Assembly (NCBI GenBank): GCA_903907985.1
Contig: CAIVQG010000026.1
Location: 3,045-67,044, forward strand
DNA length: 64,000 nt
Source of the DNA: an uncultured delta proteobacterium
Lineage (GTDB): Bacteria; Desulfobacterota; Syntrophia; Syntrophales; Smithellaceae
Direction: 5' to 3'
Below the pieces are notes generated by a model. That model did not search any database. It had not been told where the DNA came from and saw nothing but the letters and a program-made list of their open reading frames with translations. The position numbers were made by a program, and so were the translations under genes. Below, one piece after another: positions 28,921-38,962 of the stretch. Numbering within the stretch: the first letter of the stretch is position 1; every line of letters starts with the position of its first letter.

Positions 28921-30695
28921 TGAAACGTTGCATATTGAGTATGACAACCAGTGGGCATGGCGTCGGCTGTGCTTTGTGCCTGGATGGGAAAATTGTAGCA
29001 GCAAATACTTTAGAGAGATTGACCAGAAAAAAGTACGATATAATGTTACCGATATCGAAAACTGACATGAAGACATTTGGATGGAATTCAAATCCCACGG
29101 TTTATCTGGAAAATCTTGATTTGCCTTTCGATTTGATTAATGACTACTCGGATATAGATTTTAACGATATAGAATCCTTCCATGTCCTTATAAATCATGT
29201 GTTGGATGCGGGTGGCGTTGAACTGAAGGATGTTGATGCTGTGACATACAGTTATCGTCACAACGAAAAAGCAAAGAAATATTTTACTGACAATAATCCA
29301 AAAATAAATTTCATTGTTCCGGAGCATCATTATTCCCATGCCTGCCAGGCGTTTCTTCCATCTTCTTTTGAAGATGCGGCCATTATGATAATCGACGGTC
29401 AAGGAGTCCCTCTTAAGCGAGCCGGTTATGATCAGCTTTCCGGATGTTTGGCTTATGGCAAGGGTAATTCGATAAAAATACTGAGAGAGTTTTCCGCCAG
29501 ACAAAGCCTTGGTGGATTATACTCCCAGATAACAAAATTATGTGGTTTTAAGACGAACGAAGAATGCAAGACTATGGGGTTGGCATCTTACGGAAAACCC
29601 GAATATTACGATATGATAAAAGAGCACATTCATTATAATAAATTAGAATTTAATATAAATAATTGGCGCAGTTTATTAAAAAGGGGATTATTACCGGAAA
29701 GGCACCTTTATTCTCTTGGAAAGGCACCTTCAATTTTTAGCCAATTTCAAAGTCGCGGGAAAAACGAGCCAATCGAACAGGAGCATATTAATATTGCATT
29801 TGCGGGACAGAAAATTATTGAGGATGTAATGACATATCTTGCCAACTGGTTGTATGAAAAAACAGGGTCTAAAAATCTTTGTATTGCCGGTGGGGTAGGT
29901 CTAAATTGTGTAGCTAATTATAAGGTCTTGGAAAACACAAAATTCGAAAATATCTTTATTTATCCCAATGCCGGAGATAATGGACTGGCAGTTGGTCAGG
30001 CGCTTTATGCTCATAATATAATTGACGGATTTTCAAGAGAATATGTTGCCAAACATGATTATCTTGGTAAAGAATATACGTCAGAAGACGTGCTCAAGGC
30101 TGTAGATAAATATAGAAATAAAGACGGCATAAAAATAGAAAAATATAATGACATGGCTGGTCTATACAGCATAATGGCTGGCGCTATTGCTGACGGGAAA
30201 ATCACGAGTTGGTGGCAAGGGAGAAGTGAATTCGGTCCACGTTCCTTAGGCAACAGAAGTATATTGGCAGATCCCCGGCGCAAGGATATGCAAGATATCC
30301 TGAACTCAAGAGTGAAATTCAGAGAAGGATTCAGGCCGTTTACGCCTTCTGTCCTTAAAGAACACGCCCATGAATATTTTACTCTCGACATTGATTCACC
30401 TTTTATGCTGCTTGCCCCTTATGTCCAGCCTGGTAAAGAAGATGTTGTGCCTGCAATAACTCATGTTGATAAAACCGCAAGGGTGCAAACAGTCACAAGA
30501 GATGTGAATGAACGGTATTATGATCTAATTAAAGAATTTGAAAAAATAACCGGGATTCCGCTGCTCTTGAATACATCTTTTAATGTTGCCGGCGAACCTA
30601 TTGTTGAGACACCGGAAGATGCAATAAAATGTTTTCTTTCAACTGATATTGATGTTCTTGGCATTGATTGTTTTATGCTCACTAAAATTAAATGA
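28920..30695 (+). CDS. O-carbamoyltransferase (NodU/CmcH/TobZ family)
   Basis: EHHYSHA, IDGQG, KTMGLASYG, AGGVGLNC, AGDNG, EFGPRSLGNRS, FRPF, NTSFNVAGEP. Confidence 0.93.
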   Translation: MKRCILSMTTSGHGVGCALCLDGKIVAANTLERLTRKKYDIMLPISKTDMKTFGWNSNPTVYLENLDLPFDLINDYSDIDFNDIESFHVLINHVLDAGGVELKDVDAVTYSYRHNEKAKKYFTDNNPKINFIVPEHHYSHACQAFLPSSFEDAAIMIIDGQGVPLKRAGYDQLSGCLAYGKGNSIKILREFSARQSLGGLYSQITKLCGFKTNEECKTMGLASYGKPEYYDMIKEHIHYNKLEFNINNWRSLLKRGLLPERHLYSLGKAPSIFSQFQSRGKNEPIEQEHINIAFAGQKIIEDVMTYLANWLYEKTGSKNLCIAGGVGLNCVANYKVLENTKFENIFIYPNAGDNGLAVGQALYAHNIIDGFSREYVAKHDYLGKEYTSEDVLKAVDKYRNKDGIKIEKYNDMAGLYSIMAGAIADGKITSWWQGRSEFGPRSLGNRSILADPRRKDMQDILNSRVKFREGFRPFTPSVLKEHAHEYFTLDIDSPFMLLAPYVQPGKEDVVPAITHVDKTARVQTVTRDVNERYYDLIKEFEKITGIPLLLNTSFNVAGEPIVETPEDAIKCFLSTDIDVLGIDCFMLTKIK

Positions 30696-30704
30696 GGATT
30701 ATAT

Positions 30705-31520
30705 GTGAATAAAGAGGAGCACTTGAATAATTGGATTCTTAGACAAACTGAATGCAGTATATTGCAGTTTGATAAATCAATGGCAACTCACTATCCCGAA
30801 TCTGTTGCATATCTAAAAAATTCTGAAGCATTTTATAAGAGGATTGTTGAGCAAAGTAATTATCTGGATGCCATTCAGATTATTAATTGGAATGAATATC
30901 TTCAGAGTGATTCAACTGTATTAGATTTAGGGGGCGGAGTTGGCTGGTTAAGTGCTTATCTGTCCAAATATGATAGTGTAAAGACAATATACAATCTGGA
31001 TACCAGTAAATTTTTTCTGAATGAGATGATGCCTGAAATGATTCAGCTGATGAGCGGCAGGCCCGAAAAGATTGTTCCTATAGAAGGATTGTTTTACCCG
31101 CTGCTTTTTGAAGATAAATCTATTGATGTTGTAGTGGCGTCCTCGTCATTTCACCATGCGGATAACCTCGAAAAATTATTAAGGGAAGTAGGTAGAATAT
31201 TAAAAGACAATGGATTGCTTTTTATTCTCAATGAAACCCCTTATCCATATTTTAAATACACAATTTCAATAATCAGGGTCTTCTTATCAATCATGCGTAA
31301 TACTTTAATTCGAAAATATGAATCTATTTCACCACAGTTATCATCAAGCGGAATCTTGTACGACCCTTATCTGAATGATAGGGCCTATCCTAAATGGTAC
31401 TGGGAAAAAGTTATTGAAAGCTCCGGTTTATCCATCATAGAGTCTGTTAACACTGGCTTGCCGACATTAAAAAATAGTAGCGGAATAGGTCTAATGCATT
31501 TTGTCTGTAAAAAAATATAA
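30705..31520 (+). CDS. Class I SAM-dependent methyltransferase
   Basis: VLDLGGGVG, SIDVV..SSFHH, RILKDNG. Confidence 0.85.
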   Translation: MNKEEHLNNWILRQTECSILQFDKSMATHYPESVAYLKNSEAFYKRIVEQSNYLDAIQIINWNEYLQSDSTVLDLGGGVGWLSAYLSKYDSVKTIYNLDTSKFFLNEMMPEMIQLMSGRPEKIVPIEGLFYPLLFEDKSIDVVVASSSFHHADNLEKLLREVGRILKDNGLLFILNETPYPYFKYTISIIRVFLSIMRNTLIRKYESISPQLSSSGILYDPYLNDRAYPKWYWEKVIESSGLSIIESVNTGLPTLKNSSGIGLMHFVCKKI

Positions 31521-31533
31521 TGGTAATTATTGC

Positions 31534-33024
31534 ATGCAAACAGTCCGTGTAGCATTAGTTTCGTTTTTGGTGAACAGCATCAATATCAGGACACTTGCTT
31601 CCTATATCAAGGCTGATAGCTATGAGACGTACTGTTTTTTTTGCCCTGATTCATTTAATGAGTCTAATCTGGCAGAGCTAATCCGCATTTTAAAGGAAAA
31701 GGAAATAGGTCTCATCGGTATCAGTCTGGTGACAGATGATTATCAATCAGCTGTTGAGTTGACCAGCGCAATAAAAAAAGAAATCAATATACCCGTTATC
31801 TGGGGAGGAGCCCATGTTAACGTCATGCCCGAGGAATGTTTACTCCATGCGGATATGATTTGCAGAGGCGAAGGAGAAGAAGCCCTTCTTGATCTTGTAA
31901 AAGTTCTGTCAACACAGGAAAAAATAATACCTGATATAAAGAATATTTGGTTTAAAACAGAAAACGGTATTGTAAAAAATGAATTACGAAGCCTCGAAGA
32001 AAATCTCGACAAATATCCTTTCCCCGATTTTGATTTGTCTTCCCAGTATGTGATGAATGCAAAGGGATTTGAACAATTGCGTGAAGAACATTTAAATGGT
32101 GAATACAGTTTAATGAGTTCCCGCGGTTGCCCATATAGTTGTAATTATTGCTACAATAGCTATCGCAGAAAACATTATCATGGGAAAGGTAAATACCTAA
32201 GAAAGAGAAGTATTGAAAATGTTATTCAAGAACTCATTCAAGCAAAGCAGATATTTAAGAATTTATCGCAAGTTAATTTTTGGGATGATAGTTTTGTGGC
32301 ACGCAAGGTCGATGAATTCAACTTGTTCAGTGATTTGTATGCAAAGAAAATTAAACTGCCATTTTTTGCCTTAATCGAACCGATGGCATTTGATTATGAA
32401 AAGATCAAGCTTCTAAAAAAATGTGGATTGAGCAAACTTCAGGTAGGGATACAATCCGGGAGTGAGCGAGTAAACCGCGATGTATACAATAGACCGGTGT
32501 CCAATAAGAAAATTGTCGAGGTAGCTCATCTTATAAAGCAGTTAGGGGTTGCGGCAGTGTATGATTTCATCTTCAACAATCCCTATGAAAAAAGTGAAGA
32601 TATTAAGCAAACCATTGAATTGTTGCTTAAGTTTCCCAGGCCTCTTTATTTACAAGGATATAATCTGATTTTCTATCCCGGGACGATAATTACGGAGAAA
32701 GCCCTGGCCGATGGTTTTATCACTGATAATAGTGCTGATATTTTTTCTAGTATTCAAAATCCCGTCAATTCGCCTACTGCAATGAAAACTGGTGCGGTCG
32801 TCAGTAACCGCTTCTACTCAGTTAATTATGATTCAAAAGAAAAGGACTATCTGAATTTAGTATTTTCTCTTCTGTGCTTTAACTATATTCCACATTGGCT
32901 CATTGGATTTTTTATCAGATCAGAGTCGCGATTCCATGAGCTGTTAATTAAAACAATAATTAAATCATATGAAAAATTATCTCAACTGAAGAGAGCCAAA
33001 TTGTTTGTTGAAAAATGTGCGTAA
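31534..33024 (+). CDS. Cobalamin-binding radical SAM protein
   Basis: N-terminal B12-binding domain (VIWGGAH, RGEGE), SRGCPYSCNYC, FWDDSF, VGIQSGS; start 31534 (ORF track 31501). Confidence 0.9.
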   Translation: MQTVRVALVSFLVNSINIRTLASYIKADSYETYCFFCPDSFNESNLAELIRILKEKEIGLIGISLVTDDYQSAVELTSAIKKEINIPVIWGGAHVNVMPEECLLHADMICRGEGEEALLDLVKVLSTQEKIIPDIKNIWFKTENGIVKNELRSLEENLDKYPFPDFDLSSQYVMNAKGFEQLREEHLNGEYSLMSSRGCPYSCNYCYNSYRRKHYHGKGKYLRKRSIENVIQELIQAKQIFKNLSQVNFWDDSFVARKVDEFNLFSDLYAKKIKLPFFALIEPMAFDYEKIKLLKKCGLSKLQVGIQSGSERVNRDVYNRPVSNKKIVEVAHLIKQLGVAAVYDFIFNNPYEKSEDIKQTIELLLKFPRPLYLQGYNLIFYPGTIITEKALADGFITDNSADIFSSIQNPVNSPTAMKTGAVVSNRFYSVNYDSKEKDYLNLVFSLLCFNYIPHWLIGFFIRSESRFHELLIKTIIKSYEKLSQLKRAKLFVEKCA

Positions 33025-33054
33025 TAATATTTCAGATAGTTACAAATTATTCAG

Positions 33055-34038
33055 TTGGTCCTCTTAATCATGTGCCATGAGTCCTTAAATTTAAATCACG
33101 GAAAGGACGCCGAATTCTATGATAATTGGTATGCAAGTGGATATATGGATGAGTGGCCCGCTGATAAAAAAGAGCGTATCTTTGAAATTATCACTGCATT
33201 GAATCTTCCCGAAACCGGAGAGGCTCTTGATTATGGATGTGGTAATGGAGTTTTTACAGAAGTAATAAAAAAAGCCTTACCCCGCTGGAATGTATTCGGG
33301 TGTGATATAAGTTCTGTTGCTATCGATAATGCCCGGAATCGGTATTCGGACTGCACATTTTTTGTGCCATCTGACAACAATCCCATTAATAGAAAATTCG
33401 ACTTCCTGTTGTCACATCACGTCTTAGAGCATGTATCTAATATTGCTGATTCCTGGAAGGATATTAACCAGTATGTGAAAAAAAATGCTTCTCTCTTAAT
33501 CATATTACCTTGTGGTAACCAGGGAAGTTTTGAGCACAGGATGTGTATGCTTAAAAAAGATGGAATTGATTATAATTCAGGTGGCCGGTTTTTTTTTGAG
33601 GATAAAAGTCATCTCAGAAGATTGACAACAAAACAAATGAACGATTTTGCCATCCTGTATGGCTTTACATTAGCAGACGATTATTATAGCAGTCAATTCT
33701 ACGGTGCAATTAATTGGATTACTTCTTCAAGTATTTCCTTTATAATTAATTCAACAAGGATTGAAAAAACTATAGATACAATTGCCGCTTTAGAGATGAT
33801 GGGTTTACGCCTATTATTATCATTGTTAAAAATATTAAGATTTCCAGCTAATACTATAGATTATAAAAAGCAATTGATGAGTCGGGGGAAATATTATTTC
33901 CTTTCTGTTGCGCTCTTAATGTTTTATCCCCTGTCAAAAATTACCAATTTCTATTTACAGCATAAGTCGGATTTGGAATGGAAAAATGATAGAAACAAAA
34001 AAAACGGGAGTGAGATGTATCTTTATTATGAAAGATAA
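33055..34038 (+). CDS. Class I SAM-dependent methyltransferase
   Basis: ALDYGCGNG, GCDIS, HHVLEHV; start may be ATG 33070. Confidence 0.85.
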   Translation: MVLLIMCHESLNLNHGKDAEFYDNWYASGYMDEWPADKKERIFEIITALNLPETGEALDYGCGNGVFTEVIKKALPRWNVFGCDISSVAIDNARNRYSDCTFFVPSDNNPINRKFDFLLSHHVLEHVSNIADSWKDINQYVKKNASLLIILPCGNQGSFEHRMCMLKKDGIDYNSGGRFFFEDKSHLRRLTTKQMNDFAILYGFTLADDYYSSQFYGAINWITSSSISFIINSTRIEKTIDTIAALEMMGLRLLLSLLKILRFPANTIDYKKQLMSRGKYYFLSVALLMFYPLSKITNFYLQHKSDLEWKNDRNKKNGSEMYLYYER

Positions 34039-34057
34039 TATATTTCAGCATGTTTAA

Positions 34058-35029
34058 ATGAATGATCTTGTGAGTATAATAGTGACTAGCTACAACCATG
34101 CAGAATATTTGGATCAGCGCATGGAGAGCCTGCTTAATCAAACATATCCGAATATCGAAATCATAGTAGTCGATGATTGTTCGACCGATTGTAGTGCTGT
34201 CATTCTAAATAAATACAATAATCTTCCTCATGTACAAATTGTATTGCTAAGTGAAAATCATGGTCATGCGAATGCTTCTAATTTGGGTATCAGTTTGAGT
34301 CATGGTGATTTTCTGATGTTTGCCGAATGTGACGATTTCAATGAACCAACTCATGTAAAGACACTGCTTGATAACATGATCAATGATGAAAATGTCGGAG
34401 TGGCATATTGTAGAAGTAAAATTGTAGATGAAAAAGGCAGAGTAATAGGGGACGATTTTGAAGGACAGCAGAAGTCGTTTAAAAAACTATGTTCACATAA
34501 TACGATAATTCCAAGACATAAAATGCAACGGTTCTTGTTAGGTTCCTGCATTATACCCAATATGAGCGCTGCTATGATCAGAAAAAAACATGTTGATCAT
34601 ATAAAAGGTTTTTGCTCAACGTATAAAGTCTGTGCTGACTGGGATTTTTGGTGTCGAATTGCCGATGCTTGCGATTTCTTTTATGCATCTGAGTCATTAA
34701 ATAATTTCAGAACTCATGATACTACCGTCAGAAGTACTTCTAAGGCCGATGTGCTGGTATCAGAAGTATTTCAACTTTTATACAATGCCGCTGCAAGAAC
34801 TGAATTGACTGGAATTGAAAGGTGTATATTTAGAATCAATATGGGTTATGTTTTGGCTTTTTACATTACCCACAATTGCCTTGGAAAATTTAAGAATATT
34901 ATGAACGTATTGAAAATAGGGATGTCGTTTGAAAAGCCTATTATTTTTTACTTGTTATTTGGTTTTCCAAAAGTGCTGTTCCAAAGATTTAATCCGAAGT
35001 TTTTTGCATTATTCAATCCGGCAAAATAA
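34058..35029 (+). CDS. GT2 glycosyltransferase
   Basis: VSIIVTSYN, VVDDCSTD, FAECDD, DWDFW. Confidence 0.88.
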   Translation: MNDLVSIIVTSYNHAEYLDQRMESLLNQTYPNIEIIVVDDCSTDCSAVILNKYNNLPHVQIVLLSENHGHANASNLGISLSHGDFLMFAECDDFNEPTHVKTLLDNMINDENVGVAYCRSKIVDEKGRVIGDDFEGQQKSFKKLCSHNTIIPRHKMQRFLLGSCIIPNMSAAMIRKKHVDHIKGFCSTYKVCADWDFWCRIADACDFFYASESLNNFRTHDTTVRSTSKADVLVSEVFQLLYNAAARTELTGIERCIFRINMGYVLAFYITHNCLGKFKNIMNVLKIGMSFEKPIIFYLLFGFPKVLFQRFNPKFFALFNPAK

Positions 35030-35051
35030 AACAAAATAATTAGTTGTCTGA

Positions 35052-35879
35052 ATGAACTCACCATTAGTATCAATAATTGTACCCTCATATAATGCTTCGC
35101 AATATTTGCCGGAAATGATCGATTCCGTAATAAATCAGACTTATCGGAACTGGGAAATGTTAATCGTTGACGATGGGTCAACAGATAACACTTTATCTAT
35201 AGCTCAAGGTTTTGCAGCTAAAGATCCAAGGATTAAGGTTTTTCCGCTAGGCTATAACAGTGGTGGCCCCGCAAAACCTAGAAATTACGCTATGCAGATT
35301 GCCGAAGGAAGTTATCTTGCTTTTCTAGATGCTGATGATCTTTGGTTGCCGCAAAAACTTGAGAAACAGGTTGAGTTCTTAGAAAACAATCAAGATATTT
35401 TTTTGTTATATTCAAAATGTATAATCGAAAGAAATGGTGTCCAATTGGGCATAGCTCCACAAAAACCCCAAAAGGGACATATTTTTAATTATTTATTCTT
35501 GCATTTCAATATAATAGATTGTTTAACAGTCGTTATGAGAAATAGAAAAGAAAAAAATATTTATTTTTTTGATGAAGATAGAAGACTTATTGCAGTTGAG
35601 GATTTTGCAATGTGGGTATTTATTTCTTACTATGAAAAAATATCATTTATAGACGAACCTCTGGCAATTTATAGGGTACACTCAAAAGGAATATCGTTTG
35701 GAGCATTTTCCAATTTTAAAAAATGCAAATTAGTTTTAAAAAAATTTAGTCCATTTGTGGCTAAATTAACATTATACAAGGCATTATTTAATTTTTATCG
35801 AACGCTGATATATGTTGGTATTATGGTTACATTGATTTCGGTAAAGAAAATTATTGTAGACGGCGCTATCAATAAGTAA
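35052..35879 (+). CDS. GT2 glycosyltransferase
   Basis: VSIIVPSYN, VDDGSTD, PAKPRN, FLDADD, VEDF. Confidence 0.9.
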   Translation: MNSPLVSIIVPSYNASQYLPEMIDSVINQTYRNWEMLIVDDGSTDNTLSIAQGFAAKDPRIKVFPLGYNSGGPAKPRNYAMQIAEGSYLAFLDADDLWLPQKLEKQVEFLENNQDIFLLYSKCIIERNGVQLGIAPQKPQKGHIFNYLFLHFNIIDCLTVVMRNRKEKNIYFFDEDRRLIAVEDFAMWVFISYYEKISFIDEPLAIYRVHSKGISFGAFSNFKKCKLVLKKFSPFVAKLTLYKALFNFYRTLIYVGIMVTLISVKKIIVDGAINK

Positions 35880-35907
35880 ATTATTTATTCCCAAAGAGGA
35901 TTATCAC

Positions 35908-36792
35908 GTGAAAATGTCATTCATTATAGCGTCAATTGACAGAGACCAAGAACTGCAACAATGCATTACTTCTATTGAAAAAGCGCATGAATACAGACAG
36001 GATATTTCAATAGAGATTTTGGTTGTTATCCAAAAAACTAAACAAGAAAAAAAGATAAATATCCGTTATCCTCAATATATTGCTTTCTACTACATAGATG
36101 GCGTTGGTTTGTCTTTGGCTAGAAATTTTGCAATTGGAAAATGTAAAGGAGATTACCTTGTATTTATAGACGATGACGCAACAATCAGCGAAACTTTTAT
36201 TGAAATATTGTTAAAAAATATTTCAAGATTTAATAATGTTAATGCATTTTGTGGCAAGCTTATCGATTCTGCGCAAAACATTCCTTTTTCACCTCTTTTT
36301 TTGCGCGACAAAGTTAAAAAGTTAAATCGATTTGATTACCAGTATTTCATGGGTAGTGCTCATGTATTAAGCAGAAGAGTAATTAACAAAATAGGGTGTT
36401 ACGATGAAAACTTTGGTGTGGGTGCGAAGTATTATGGTTCCGAAGAAAGCGACATTTTTTTTCGATTAAAGGCGGCTAATGAGCACGTATTATATTTACC
36501 CGATTTAATTTTTTTCCACCCTATCCCTAAAGCGCTTCCTCTCTATGTATATAATTATGCATATGCATTTGGAGCGGTTCTTACAAAAAGTTCTCTCAAC
36601 GATAAAGCCTATTTATTTGTGTACGGTATTATAGCTATGAAAATAGCAGCAAAAGCATTTATTCGAATATTACAGAAATTGCTTCTGAAGGGTATATATA
36701 AAGAAAAAGATGAAAAATACCATTATAGTTCTGTGCTAAATGGAACATTTCAAGGAATTAAAGATTTCATCTGTAGAGAAAGCAGTTCTTGA
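35908..36792 (+). CDS. GT2 glycosyltransferase
   Basis: GLSLARN, VFIDDD, YDENFGVG...SEESD. Confidence 0.85.
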   Translation: MKMSFIIASIDRDQELQQCITSIEKAHEYRQDISIEILVVIQKTKQEKKINIRYPQYIAFYYIDGVGLSLARNFAIGKCKGDYLVFIDDDATISETFIEILLKNISRFNNVNAFCGKLIDSAQNIPFSPLFLRDKVKKLNRFDYQYFMGSAHVLSRRVINKIGCYDENFGVGAKYYGSEESDIFFRLKAANEHVLYLPDLIFFHPIPKALPLYVYNYAYAFGAVLTKSSLNDKAYLFVYGIIAMKIAAKAFIRILQKLLLKGIYKEKDEKYHYSSVLNGTFQGIKDFICRESSS

Positions 36793-36901
36793 ATTCTAGA
36801 ATTATTTCCTACAAACAATTAATTACCTTAAGATGTCTGAATCCAAGGACTCTCTGGTTGCCAATAAATCAATGCTTGTGATCGTATAACTATAAATAAA
36901 T

Positions 36902-38452
36902 ATGAATAATCAGATACAAACTGTTCTAGTAAATACTAAACATGTGTGGTGCATATTAATGGCAATTGTCCTTTTAGGTTTGGCTATAAGGTTATATGGC
37001 GTTAATATGCCGTTAGTTGAAAGTCATCAAGTGCGCCAGGCCCAGACGGCAATGATGGCTCGTAATTTATTCGATGATAATATGGATATATTTCATACTC
37101 GCCTTGATTATTTTGGTAATGTTCCTGGCTATATTATAATGGAATTTCCTTTAATGCACGGTATAGCGGCGTTGCTATATTATCTCTTCGGGGTGCATGA
37201 GACAATCGGTCGACTTGTAAACGTATCTTTTTCCATCGGAGCTATGTTCTTAATGTTTGGCCTCGCACGTCAATTTTTACCAGTAGTTGGTGCTTTTGCA
37301 GCATTGGCTTTGTATGCATTTTCGCCGATGAATATTTTCTTTAGCCGGGCATTTATGCCGGAAGCATCAATGATGTTTTTTATCGTAGGCGCAATTTATT
37401 TTTTTTTAAAATGGTTAGACAGACAAACTCTGCTTTTATACTCGACTGCAATAATATTTGCGGCCTTTGCCTGCTTGACGAAGCCAACTGCAGCCATATT
37501 ATTTGTGCCAATACTTACCGCTTGGTTTCTTAAATATAGGTGGACACTGTTTAGACGATCTGAATTCTGGCTTTACATGTTGTTGGCGACGGTACCATTA
37601 ATTTTTTGGGGTGCTTATGCTAACTACTTCAATGCAATGCAATCTTATATTCCAAGTGGCTTTGGCGGTAATTGGCTAGAGCTGATTAAATCGCGGGGTA
37701 TCACCAATCACTGGTTTGATCCTGCGTTTTACGTATTTGTGGGAGGGTCAATTATCCTTATCCTCTTGACTCCGCTTGGTTTTGCAGGTACGGCTATTGG
37801 AGTATTTATATGTACGGGTGATCGATGTAGGATATTATATTTATGGTTGGGTGCAATAATTGTTTATTTCTTTGTATTTTCCGGAGCAAATGCTGGGCAT
37901 ATATATTATCATTTACCGCTTCTTCCACTAGCGGCAATTTTTTTCGGTTTTGCAGTCGAATGGCTTCTGCATAAAAAAGACTTCTTAAAGGAAATATTTA
38001 AAAGGAAATCAATTGTCTGGTTGGGGTCAGGTCTTCTTCTGGCAATTTTTATTTCCTATGGAATAGGTTATTATAAATATTTTCAATATATGTACAGCAA
38101 CAGAATGCCTTATGTATTGGAAGTTTCTGAAATTATTAAAAAGCTAGCACCCCCAAATCTAGTTGTTGTTTTGAACCAGCCGGGCGCTGAACCAACTGTG
38201 TTTTCGTATTATTCTCAAAGCAAAGTATTTTTTTTTAGACCTTTACTCGAATACGATTCAATTGCAGACATAGAATATCTACGCACTCAAGGAGCGACAA
38301 CATATGTGGCATTAGATACGAAATATGGTAGTGGCGTTCATGAGACACAAAAAAATAAATTATTCTGGCAATATTTAAATAAGAAATACAAACTGGTTAT
38401 GTTAACTAGTCACTATATGGTTGTTGACTTAAAAGATGGAGGTAGGAAATGA
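36902..38452 (+). CDS. GT-C fold membrane glycosyltransferase (ArnT/GT39/GT83-like)
   Basis: More than 10 TM segments; RQAQTAMMARN, MEFPL, SRAFMPE, LTKP, YYHLPL. Confidence 0.82.
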   Translation: MNNQIQTVLVNTKHVWCILMAIVLLGLAIRLYGVNMPLVESHQVRQAQTAMMARNLFDDNMDIFHTRLDYFGNVPGYIIMEFPLMHGIAALLYYLFGVHETIGRLVNVSFSIGAMFLMFGLARQFLPVVGAFAALALYAFSPMNIFFSRAFMPEASMMFFIVGAIYFFLKWLDRQTLLLYSTAIIFAAFACLTKPTAAILFVPILTAWFLKYRWTLFRRSEFWLYMLLATVPLIFWGAYANYFNAMQSYIPSGFGGNWLELIKSRGITNHWFDPAFYVFVGGSIILILLTPLGFAGTAIGVFICTGDRCRILYLWLGAIIVYFFVFSGANAGHIYYHLPLLPLAAIFFGFAVEWLLHKKDFLKEIFKRKSIVWLGSGLLLAIFISYGIGYYKYFQYMYSNRMPYVLEVSEIIKKLAPPNLVVVLNQPGAEPTVFSYYSQSKVFFFRPLLEYDSIADIEYLRTQGATTYVALDTKYGSGVHETQKNKLFWQYLNKKYKLVMLTSHYMVVDLKDGGRK

Positions 38453-38889
38453 CGATACCACAATTATTCGAAGGTGGCCTTGCCATGGATGATCGCGGTG
38501 AAGTTGGATTTGCAAATGATTTTAAATTTGACGGGGTAAAACGTTTTTATTCTGTTGCTAATTACAGATCTGGTTTTATTCGGGCTTGGCATGCCCACAA
38601 ACGGGAGTCTAAATATGTGACGGTTGTAAAAGGATCGGCACTGGTTGGAGCGGTCGAGGTCGATAATTGGGAAAATCCATCGAAGGACAGCAAAGTATGG
38701 CGCTATGTCCTTGCGGAGCACAAACCTTCTGTACTTTTTATTCCAGCCGGATATGCAAATGGTTTTATGTCTCTTACTGCAGACACAAAACTGATTTTCT
38801 TTTCCACATCATCTCTTGAAGAAACGCAAGGTGATGATATCCGTTTTGATGCTTACTACTGGAATCCATGGCAGATACTAGAACGATAG
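38449..38889 (+). CDS. Cupin NDP-sugar 3,5-epimerase family protein (RmlC-like)
   Basis: DDRG, IRAWHAH, LFIPAGYANGF, DDIRF. Confidence 0.82.
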   Translation: MTIPQLFEGGLAMDDRGEVGFANDFKFDGVKRFYSVANYRSGFIRAWHAHKRESKYVTVVKGSALVGAVEVDNWENPSKDSKVWRYVLAEHKPSVLFIPAGYANGFMSLTADTKLIFFSTSSLEETQGDDIRFDAYYWNPWQILER

Positions 38890-38962
38890 AAGTTTTAATG
38901 TTGCAAAGCTTATCAGAGCTAAATATCATTGTTTATATAAAAGCTGTAATGGAGGTGTCGTT

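Noticed and set aside
17093-34038. Aminoglycoside antibiotic gene cluster
   Set aside because: Tailoring families overlap, but there is no cyclitol synthase, exporter or resistance gene, and wzx, wzy and wzz are present.
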